The position numbers were made by a program, and so were the translations under genes. A DNA stretch of 64,000 nt from Patellaria atrata CBS 101060 (taxonomy: Eukaryota). Location: contig MU006113.1 in the NCBI GenBank assembly GCA_010093705.1, positions 119,165 to 183,164 of the forward strand. Reading direction: 5' to 3'. A model generated the notes under the pieces. It did no database searches. It was not told the origin of the DNA and saw only the letters and a program-made list of their open reading frames with translations. Positions 54,063 to 64,000 of the stretch are shown one piece after another. How positions within the stretch are numbered: position 1 is the first letter of the stretch; every line of letters starts with the position of its first letter.

Positions 54063-55161
54063 CCTGATAGTGTTTCTGGGTTTCTGGGATGTTCGATGTA
54101 CAGGCTAGAATAGGTTGACTGAGATGAACAAACCTGTGAGAGTTTGACGGGCAAGTTAGTCCTATTTTATGCCTCTGAATATGCACCTTTCAGCATGATA
54201 TAATCAGTCCGGTCATCACGAGGAAGAAGCTTTGAGTTCTGCAGTTGGTCAGTTGAGTCTTTGATATTGTTGCCTTATGAGAAAACCACAGCTCTCATAC
54301 GATCGCTCTTGCTTTTTACAATATTGAAGACAGGTAGTTCTATCAGGTGCGAGACTGAAAATGAGACTGCGAAATATATTTTGGTTGAAGAATAGGAAAT
54401 GATCTGAGAATTGCTTGGGGGCTGATATATCACTTTGACGTAGATATAGAAGTCTAAGAACCCATACTTTGGTGATTAAGGTACAATACAATCCATATTT
54501 ATTAAGAAACGATGGATTTGTTTGATACTTTGTTTGAAATTACAGGTGTCTCCGCTTGACGGTTCTGCGGTCATACGCGACCTCTTCAGCAGTGAGAACA
54601 AATCGCTCAATGACATCTGTAATACTTCCTTTATACACATTTATTTCAAGCGTTGCTACTGTTTACGTATAGTATCCTCGTCTTCCTAAGGGACTCGTAG
54701 GAGGATGGTTGTTGAAGGAGACCGGAGAGTACAAGCATTACGCTAGGTGCAGTACGTGATGGGAGTTTACTCATCAAGACTTACGTGCAAAAGGTGCCCA
54801 GCCGCATTGTCTCCTTTGCTGTCACAGTCTAAGATTGATTATAACACGCTGAATACCAGGTACTGTGAAAGGAAATGAAAGAAAATGATGCAATGTTGTT
54901 GTGTGTACAGTACTGTGAGGACCTTTGCTTAGTGCTTCTGTTTCAATTTTCTGTGTCGGAGGCCGGACCGGATTTAAGATTCGCCGTTGCGCCGCGGCAA
55001 CCTGTCACTCACAAGTCGCGTCCAACTCCAGCTTATCCACCAGATATTCCAAGAAGTGTCACTTTACCCACGCCCTCCCCTGTCATGCTTACATTCTCGA
55101 CCCGACTCTCCAATCCCTAGATTCCAGGAACCGTGGCTTTCTCTTTTTCTTCCTGCGCGCC

Positions 55162-58030
55162 ATGTCCGAGGACGTAGATATGGGGGCAACTATGCCTGAT
55201 ATCACCCCACAGCCAGCCTCACATCCCGACGCGCAAGCAACCGTAACAGACTTCCTCGACTACACTGATTACTTCCCTTCAGATCTAACTCGATCCCTCA
55301 CACTTATCTACAAGCTTGACAGGCTCTATCTCGAGACAACTGACGAGATCCACGCTCTCACCAAAATATATGGCGCTCTTCCCACTCTCCCCCCCAATGA
55401 GCGACCAGACCCAAAGTTGTTGCGCAAGAGAATATCAGCAGCGATAGATCGCGCTAATCATCTAAGAGAGTCTTCATACGCGGAGGCCAACCGTATCAAT
55501 GATGAGGCGGCACGCTATGGCACTAGACTCATTAGCATCAAGAAAAAGCTTCAGGCTCTACCCAAACCCCCTTCTCGCGATCCCACTCCTGCTCCTGTCT
55601 CACCACAAGTACTCAGACCTAGGAAATCCACAGAAATAGACCATACTCCTCGTATAACTTTGCGTATGGATGGTGCTCGTCAAGCTGCAACTGGTCGATC
55701 AAGGGATCGTAGGAGAATCACACCGGGAGATGTTGTTCCTATGGAAGTAGACGTACCGGAGGATGAGGGGGGTTCTGAGAGCTGGGATGATGAGATCGAT
55801 GTGGAACAGGGAAAGAATTCTGAGAACGTTCAGCCGCAGAAAACAGAGAAAGTTTCAAAGAACAAGGTTCCGAGGGCGCCGCGCATTAGACCCCCTGGTG
55901 TTATGGGCACAAATGTGCACAGTACCGTTGCCGGTATTTCTACAAGCAATGCACTTGCACTACTGCCCAAACCCCCAGAGAATCCAATTCCAGGAAGTCT
56001 TCACGCACCATGGCATAGGCTAACTGAATATGAAATGGCAGTACTACGCAAGATGATGAAGAAGAACGCCGTCTGGAGCCCTAGCGACACCATGATTCGG
56101 CGAGAATTAGCAGAGAAGGGAAGAGGTCGCGAAAATTATGAGAGGGCGAAGGAGCGGGCACGCTTAACGGGGGAGCCTTTCGTAGATGAGGATCCAATTG
56201 ACCCGAACAAGAAAGTTTTAGCACCTGGTGAAACTTCGTTCCAACCATTAGGCAAAGATGAAATGTCATTGATAAATAGAGGTATGAGATTGAATGAGGC
56301 TAAAAAGTTGAAGAAAGATCTCCTAGCCAAAGAGAATAAGGAACAGGAGGACAAAGGAAAGGAAGGAAGTCAAGACCGCGTAATAGAGCAAGTTCAAGAG
56401 CGGGTCAAGGAACGCGAGAGAGAACCCCGTATCGCGCATAACCTCGATATGCACGCGGCCACGACTAAAATCGCGGAGACGGGCAATTCTTTTCTGAACC
56501 TTTTCGGTGACACGATAAGCCTTACTCCGACGAATGCGAGAAAACTCTCTAAGTCCTCACGAAGTGCCAAACGGAAACGAGCTGCGTCACCTGAAGGAGA
56601 TAAAGTTGATTCTGCATCTCAAGATTCGAGACCAAATACTAAGAAACCAAAGATCACTGTTGCCCCTGGATCACAAACTGCTTCCCCTGTTCCTCTCCCC
56701 CTCATCCAGCAGACGCCAGTACCTCCACCTCGTAATGGAGGGACACCCGCGAGACCTACAGTGACAACTACGACTGTACCTCTAGCTCCACCAGGTCCCT
56801 CTGCTTCACCAGTCACACTTCCGTCAGCGACCACACGGAAGGAGACTCCTATGATCTCTCCCATCGAGGTAAAGAAGCTAGTATCACCCGTCGTCCCACC
56901 TCAACCAGTGAGCACTACGCCAGTACCACCGCCTCAGACAGCAACCGCATTAGTACCAGCCCCTTCACCAGCCACAACGGTCGTTCCACCCACAACAACA
57001 GCATCCACCCATCCCCGTCGCGAATCCAGTCTATTTAGGAAGGCCCCCAGTCCCGCTCCTTCCGCTTCATCAACCTCATCCTCCGAACTCGACGACCCCG
57101 AAGACATATCCTCCCCATCCGCACCCTCAAAACTAGCCTCTCCAGCTCTGAAAGCTGCTCGCTCACCATCTCTCCAACTAAAAGAAGAAATGGCAGAAGA
57201 ACCTTCGCCCACAGAAACTCCACTACCGGAACACGAACAAGAAGCAACAGAAGAAGACACAGTGATGGCCGAAGACACCAAAACCCCACCCACGCTCCCC
57301 ATAACGACCATCGAAGAACCAACACCGACCCCGATCCCCAGAAAAACTCCAACCCCCGGCCCCCACACACGGTCCACTCCAGCACCGGTTGTAACTCGAC
57401 CACCGTCCCGCCGCGCAGCAGCCGCCGCAACGAAAGCGATGTCCGCCGAACCCCCCGCCGCGAAGCGCGAGTCCCGCGAACTCCGCGACCTCCGCCGCAT
57501 GTCCGTCGTCGAAACCTCGCTCTCGACCCTCCCCGGGGTCGGGCTGCGCAGTTCCACGCGGCGCCGACCCGTGCCGGGCGTCGTGACGGAGCAGGAGGGC
57601 GGGAAGGGCAAAGTGAGCGTCGGGAAGCGGAAGAACGCGCCGAAGAAGCGGGGCGGCGGGCGTGGGAAGGGCGCGGATGGGAAGGGCGAGGAGAGGGAGG
57701 AGGATGGTGAGGAGGTCGATCCGGATGAGCCGAGGTATTGTGTCTGTGGGGAGGTGAGCTTTGGGACTATGATCGCTTGCGAGAATGATAAGGTGAGTGA
57801 GCCCTGATTATCCATCCCTTATTTTATTTCTGGAAATACTGACACCCGAACAGTGCGAGAAAGAATGGTTCCACCTCTCCTGCGTCGGCCTCACCGAGAT
57901 CCCGCCCCGCCGCAGTCTCTGGTACTGTCCCGACTGCCGGAAGAACCTGCACGTCGACCAGTCTGGCCATCCCTCGGGGGCAGCGAGCGCGCCGGTCGAG
58001 ACGGGTCGCAGACGGCGCGGGTCGCGCTGA
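55162..58030 (+). CDS. ING-family-like chromatin protein (N-terminal ING domain, C-terminal PHD finger)
   Basis: AQATVTDFLDYTDYFPSDLTRSLTLIYKLD marks the ING domain. EPRYCVCGEVSFGTMIACENDK|CEKEWFHLSCVGLTEIP...WYCPDC is an ING-type PHD finger. Intron 57793-57853. Confidence 0.9.
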
Positions 58031-59232
58031 GGGGTTGGGGGATGAGATCGAGTGGATATACGATACCCAGGGCATTCTTGGGGTTGGGATTTGGTTCGGT
58101 TGCTAGTTGGGGGTTGAGACTTGTATGTGCGCATGGGGATTGGGTTTTCGGTGGGTGGATTGTAGTTCATATACTATCCTCACCATCCAATTCACTCTAC
58201 GACTGTTTCGGTCGATTCGTCAGTTTGAGCATCGCGTATTCATAACTCGGAAAGAGGGAACGAAGTGTAGTGATATCGCGAGACAAGTTACCCTAGCTCT
58301 GATGGGAGGACTAGACTCTGGAGGAGTGTGCTGTTATACTGAATTGTGAGTGCACGGTGCGTGGGACGGTGATGGATAGCTGGTACGGTACTGTACTGTA
58401 TCCCTCGGTTGTCGTTTCCTCGGCCGCATGGTGTTATGCTCGTGATGTATGTTAGTTACCTTATGTTGTAGTCATATACCGTAAATAGCACCAGAAGAAA
58501 TATTCAAAAAGGCGCTATATTGACGAGAAAAACCTATCTAGGCTAGCGCATAAATAGCCAATTCAACACAGTAGCCCCGAACCTATGCAAGTCGTTACCC
58601 CACCAGTATCTGAACAGTGAAAAAAGCATGCATGTGAAGAATCCGGGCTCTGGATTCGGGAGGGGAATAACTGAGCCGCCTATCTAAGATATCGCATTCG
58701 CCTCGTTAACGCACGAAGAGAGAGTGTTGGAAGGTTAAAGAGCAAATTTGTAAGGGTACATAAAACACTTTTTGACAATATCGGTCGTGAGGAAGTACAT
58801 GAATAGAAGCAGGATATCGGTTGAGCTTGTGGGAGTTGTTGAATGAAGTGTCAAACCTATGAGGAAAGAAGAAAGAAAGGCATATGCATGATAAAACAGT
58901 AATCCCCGAAATTATTCATTGAACCTCATCGAGGGGAATGAAACTGGAGTGAAGAAAGTAAAAAAAAATGATAAGAGCGTGAGCATCTGAGCCAAAGAGT
59001 CCCTCGATCTAGCCTGTACCCCATGAACACCTAGTATGCTTAATCTGAGATGGAATGATCAAAATAGAGGATCTTGGATATCTTCGAGAGTAGCGAGAAG
59101 GGTGAGACTAATGGCGCTTATCCGGATTGTGTTCGTCAGATTGAAACTCAGATTCCTCGATATCGTCGTTGGAGTCTGGCGTTGGTCTAGAAATCCGTTA
59201 ATATGCCGAGCAAAATTGACAAAAGGTGTAGA

Positions 59233-61681
59233 TCACAACTGTGTAGCCCCGAGCCCCTTGAACCCGTTCGCCCTCAAAGCTTGATGATAGGAGCCAATCC
59301 GCTGTAAACCCCTAACTATCATTAGATTTTATTTCATCTCGTCAGAATCAAACTTACTTCGCGAGATCAATCGGCTCGTCATCGTCATCATCCTCTTCAT
59401 CTATGTTTCCACGCAGGGAGGAAATGCCAGCACCCAACTCGCCAAACCTGGAAAGTCTACCAGCATCTTTACGACTTCCGGGTCTCTGGCGCGTTGGGGA
59501 ATCTACTTCACCCACCCCATCAACGGTTGGGGGACTACTTGGCATAACCTGCGTCTTGTCTCCGTCATCAACATCGACCTCGGCCGGACTATCCTTTTTC
59601 TCTTTCTCTTTGCCGTTGAAGTGAGCACCCTTCACCGGACTTTCGAGAGAATCGTCACCTTCCAAACCCAATCCTAGGCCCCTAGCAGGCGTGGAGCCGA
59701 AATTAACCTGTTTCCAAAACGCGGGACTGGACATATCGTGCAAGGTTAGGAATTTGCTTGGCTCGTGCATGGTACTCGGAGCGAACAACTGGGGGTTACG
59801 TGCAATGAGAGGAGTTTGAAATGCTGCACCAGCATCCAAATGCTCGTTGTTGCGCCTAGCAGAATATAATGACGATAGAGGTGGAGGTGAATTTGCTGTC
59901 ATCTCTTTTAACCCAGCATGGCGAGTTGCAGCGTCCGCGTTTTGCGTGGGATTTGGACCGTGTGCGGATGGGACACCGTTTGAACGACGACTGATTACAG
60001 GAGTATGCAATTCTTTTTCGTCAAAAGAACCGTTGGGAAACTCGATTTTACGTTGTCTCGGACCACGTCCCGGTGTGTATGATTCATTTTGTGCTGGATA
60101 GGGTAGCAACTTCATATTTGGCGGTGTTGCGGAAGTAGGAGAAACCTTGATCTTAGTGTTCGACTCTTCATTCTTATCAACTTCAAGGCTTCGCTTTCGA
60201 GACTCAAAGGGTGCTTGGAGGAGACTAGTAGATCCAACCTTCATTGCAGGTGAGAGCGGGCCGGATGAAGCTCTTGAATCGAGGCGACCTTGGCCTTTAC
60301 GTGGTCGTGTATTTTTCTCCAGAAAGCTGTCACGCTTCTCAGGGTGAATCATCCATTTCATCCCTTTGCCTGGTTCGTCTGTTTTACGAGGAACTTTATC
60401 AAAGGACTTATTCAAAGACAGGTTATGACGAATAGAATTCTGCCAACCCTTTTCGGAATAACGGAAGTAAGAGTAATGCTTCTTGATGTACTCATAGATA
60501 TTGTTTAAAGTCATCTGCTCATCTTCCGCTGACAATATTGCCTGAGCGATCAGAACCGCGTAGCTGTAGGGTGGTTTGATATCTTTGTTTTCGTCCAGAC
60601 TGTAATCGACGGTATCCTCTGTGGACTCCATTACGATATTACGTGCCGTAGCGTTAGCAGGTGAGCCTTTATGCTTTGCGGCGCCTGTATCTTTTGTTCG
60701 GCTAACTAACGGAGTGTTTGGAAGCGGATATGATGCTGGAGGCGTCGGTGCTGCATTCGTAGCATAAGTCAAATGCGCATCACTTTTAGTAGGTTGATGA
60801 CCACCAGCCTGGGACCCACCAGGTTGGGAGGAAGGTTGATATGAGTTGAACCCGGATGTCTGCGGTTTCGGTGAAGCTTGCTTCGGATGCACGTGCGAAT
60901 GAGCGCGACGCTCTTCATCTTGATCTTCCGAACCTTCCTCATCTCCAGCTACTAGTTGCTCTACTATATGCTCCGCTATCGTGGGTCTGTCCGTGGTGAT
61001 AAACATCATTTGCGTCCCAAGGATGGTGATTACCTGTCCTGAATGCAGCCTATACTTTTGTCCTCTTACCATCAATTTTTCATCCAATCTCAAAGAATTC
61101 CGGCCGTTGACGAGAATGTACCACGCATCTTCGTCGTAACTAACAACAGCATGGACTCGTGACACAAGTTTTTCGGGGCCTAGGTCGATGTCGATATCGA
61201 ACTTGTTTGGTCCAGTAGTATATGCACTTGGTTCCGGGTTATTATCAGAATATACCGGCCTGGGTTCAGTAGGGCGACCAATAATAATTTCCATTTTCGT
61301 CATCAAATATGTCCAATTTCTCCCAACGATTTTGCCAAATGCAGCACGTGTATCCGTCAAGGCAGAGTTTGCATGGTCAATTTCTGCTTGCACCTGGTAA
61401 TGTGCGGTCTTGAGCCCGGAAATCAGTGCTGCTAACTTCTCGTCGAAAGTGGCATTATCAAGCTCCTTCCCTTCGTCTCCAGAGAGCGTCTGGTCAGAGT
61501 CGCGTCGACGTCGCAAACCATTTCCATTTACAGCGGGTGCTGAGGTTGCAGTTGGGGTTGCTAAGGCGACTCCACCCCCGTTGACTTTCCTACGCTTGCG
61601 CAATGGTGTGGAATCATTTTCAGATGGAGGAGGGTCGACCTCTTTCCTTGCGCGACCACCCCGTCGCCCAGATGGAGGCAT
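59233..61681 (-). CDS. FKH2: FHA + forkhead transcription factor (Fkh1/Fkh2 type)
   Basis: FHA region AFGKIVGRNWTY...IGR...IDLGPEKLVSRVHA and forkhead KPPYSYAVLIAQAIL...GWQNSIRHNLSLNKSFDKVPR. An intron at about 59357-59312 leads to a short last exon GLQRIGSYHQ...QL*. Confidence 0.92.
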
Positions 61682-61923
61682 TGTTGTTGTTTGCGCAGGG
61701 CTCCGCTTTGTTCACCACGATTCCGAACGTCAGATCGGGCAGATCGTAGAGTGCGGTATAGGGGTATGCTGCGCTTCACTCAAATCCTAGGTGTGTCTCT
61801 TAAATTTTTTTCAAGAAAGGCGCTCTGATAAGAAGCTAAGTTCAGTCTTAAGTTAGAAAAGCTATTTCCGGTGATAACAGTTTGTTAAAGTAGAAGAGTA
61901 AATCTTTCGTAGTCAAAATATGG

Positions 61924-61944
61924 GTGTGTGTGTGTGTGTGTGTG
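61924..61944. repeat. (GT)n microsatellite upstream of the forkhead gene
   Basis: About 10 consecutive GT units. Confidence 0.9.
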
Positions 61945-62984
61945 AAGTTTGGTTCTCGGCCAGCAGATTGTCTACCTTATTTATATTTTTCCCGAAGTCG
62001 GCAGTAGATTTGTTTGTATGCGCAGGTCTGACGACGAGTGAATGATTGTTCGTGTCCGGAAGCAGAGTCTTTACAGCCCCACCCGCAAGATAGACGTCCC
62101 ACGGTTCTCTGATCCTCTTGGATTACCGAAATATGAGGAGTATGTAGGCGAAATAAAAAATGACGGTCTATATCGCTGATAGCTTTCAAGAGGGTGATGA
62201 GTATTCGTTGGGCGATGATGTGGTTGTCCGAGCTGTAGTCAGCCAGTCAAAAAGCCAAGGGCGAGGGAACTCGTGTTGTTTAAAAAGGCTTTCGCGTCGC
62301 GAGGGAACAAAGGTGGCGAGACAAGTGACTCGGAGGTTTTGACTGGCTTTGGGTCACCCTGACGATAGGCAGAGATGCTGTGATAAAGTGTGTCTTGTTG
62401 TAAAATGGAGAGCACTACCGGAGTACTTTAGAAAGAAGCATGCACCGGGCTGCGGTGGAAGCAATTGCAGATTAACGATGAGGTTTGATTGCTACCGTAG
62501 GTAAAAAGAGTTGCTATCGGTCCTTGGTTGTATCGTTTGGCACAACCCAAGGATGCCCGCCTGGATAAACTTGGCGTGTTTGATTATTCACTCATCAGCC
62601 TTGCCGTGATCAAAATTTGGTCAAATTCTCCGCGTCACGACCGAGGCTCGGCCTGTCTCATAGCTAATATCACCAGAATAGAAAACTATCGGTGAAGAAA
62701 CAAAGGTTATGTCGATAGCTTAGATCGGGTGGATAATCTTTGTTATGATTCCAGCTTGCAAAATAAACAATGCGTCACCACCGTATGCCGGAGAGGGTCT
62801 GTGAAGATCGTATTATCACCCTTCCCCATGACGTAAGGATCAAATTAGACTACATTGATATTATCTACAAGAAGATTCATCATCGTCCTTTTATCGTCGG
62901 ATCTCAGCATCGAGATGTCCTCCGCGGATTACTATTATTCTCATGTTGCTACCCTCCCAGTCCTGTCTCAATCCACGTGATTGC

Positions 62985-64000
62985 TCAATATCCACCTAGA
63001 TCGAGGGTGTCCTCCAACAACAAGTTCCTCGAGGAGCTTCCTACATGCACAGTCTTGGGATAGTCTGTAATTACCCAATTCTGGGAGACAGTATCCCAGT
63101 TACTCAAATCTCTGCGTGTGAGGTCTGCAGAGAAGGTTACGGACTGACCGGGGCCGATGGAAAGCCTGTCGAAGTTACGTAGAACTACGCGTGGATCGTT
63201 CGGGCCACCGAGCGAGACGTACAACTGAACGATTTCCTCGCCAGTAAGTGTGCCGTTATTTGTAATAGTAGCAGTCACGGTGAATAGAACATCATAGAGC
63301 TGGGGATTGCCTCCCGGAGCACCACCAGCAGGAACTCGGGGTTGAGGAGATCCATCGGTCGCGCCTTCCGGGATGTAGTCAGATATAGGGGAGCCATAAT
63401 CAGTATGATTGTAGGATTCCTCCAGATCAGTGCTGTTGAGGTAGGGATAGATGTAAAGGGGAACACGGGTGACGTTTTCGGGGAACTGGTACTCGGACGG
63501 GTCCGTACTGAAGTTTCCAAGAACAGGCGCCGCTTTGGTAGTCCCGGTCGTGGGGGTATAAGGGCCTACTTGGTGCTTTTGAACGTTGAGGCCAGAGTAG
63601 GAAAACGTCGTATAGCTCAGGCCAAACCCGAATTCAAAGACAGGTTCTATATCTGCCTTGTCGAAGGCACGATAATCGATGAACACACCCTCCTCGAAGT
63701 TTTGCTGCGGAACAAGCCCGTTAGGTTCGTACATAACGTCAGTTTGGTAGTCCTCGCGCGAAGAACCGATCGTAAATGGAAGTTTCCCACCAGGATTAAC
63801 ACGTCCGTATAGGATATCAGCAATCGCGTTTCCAGACTGCTCGCCGGGGAGACCTGCCCAAAGGATAGCGGTGACATTTGGGTTTTCGTAGAAGCTGTTG
63901 ACCAAAACCGGACCGACCGTGTGCATAACTACGATTGTATTGTTGCAAACTGCGGTAACGTTCTGAATCAAAGCATCGCCACCTCCCCAAAGCGTCAAAT
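62985..64000 (-). CDS. bgl1: GH3 beta-glucosidase, C-terminal part (5' end outside the window)
   Basis: NNTIVVMHTVGPVL, AILWAGLPGEQSGNA, NPGGKLPFT, EGVFIDYRAFD, FEFGFGLSYTTF, GGAPGGNPQLYDVLF and a fibronectin-III-like tail LTRRDLSNWD. Confidence 0.95.
   Translation of the reverse strand, partial: LTLWGGGDALIQNVTAVCNNTIVVMHTVGPVLVNSFYENPNVTAILWAGLPGEQSGNAIADILYGRVNPGGKLPFTIGSSREDYQTDVMYEPNGLVPQQNFEEGVFIDYRAFDKADIEPVFEFGFGLSYTTFSYSGLNVQKHQVGPYTPTTGTTKAAPVLGNFSTDPSEYQFPENVTRVPLYIYPYLNSTDLEESYNHTDYGSPISDYIPEGATDGSPQPRVPAGGAPGGNPQLYDVLFTVTATITNNGTLTGEEIVQLYVSLGGPNDPRVVLRNFDRLSIGPGQSVTFSADLTRRDLSNWDTVSQNWVITDYPKTVHVGSSSRNLLLEDTLDLGGY

Noticed and set aside
54925..55161. 79-codon in-frame extension upstream of the ING gene ATG
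   Set aside because: It starts at TTG, does not look protein-like and contains an out-of-frame ATG at 55085. ATG 55162 has good context, so a non-AUG start is unsupported.
56934..57815. 293-aa - strand ORF
   Set aside because: Antisense shadow of the GC-rich, low-complexity part of the ING/PHD gene.
49291..61681. Functional cluster of nuclear genes (NSE1, QIP-like, ING, forkhead)
   Set aside because: They share no pathway or common regulatory motif; the adjacency is compatible with ordinary synteny.

Overview
This is intron-rich genomic DNA from a filamentous ascomycete (Pezizomycotina, inferred from short GT-AG introns with CTRAY branch sites and from gene content). I can support 17 protein-coding loci, in order: a partial mitochondrial PPR protein, a CON7-type C2H2 transcription factor with very long flanks, DBP2, a THI20-type HMP kinase/thiaminase II, an F-box/LRR-like protein, RAD9 (9-1-1 clamp), RPT6, a VNX1-type cation/H+ exchanger, a GH45-like protein, a PTH11-like membrane protein, a Pyp1/Ptp2-type phosphatase, NSE1, a 68-aa three-exon gene missing from the ORF track, a QIP/Gfd2-like exonuclease, an ING/PHD protein, an FHA-forkhead factor and a partial GH3 beta-glucosidase. 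I recognised no tRNA, rRNA, CRISPR array or intact transposon. The best leads are: (1) a candidate 75-nt poison exon in the long DBP2 intron whose acceptor is buried in a perfect 11-bp RNA stem, suggesting a helicase-sensing splicing/NMD feedback switch; (2) a GH45-like protein lacking the catalytic acid Asp and ending in a GPI-like signal; (3) repeated C-left/G-right skew flips independent of gene orientation; (4) the hidden small gene; (5) an 18-bp degenerate repeat reading as C-x-x-STOP; (6) a GC-AG intron in RAD9. Exon boundaries were read by eye and family assignments rest on remembered motifs, not database searches.
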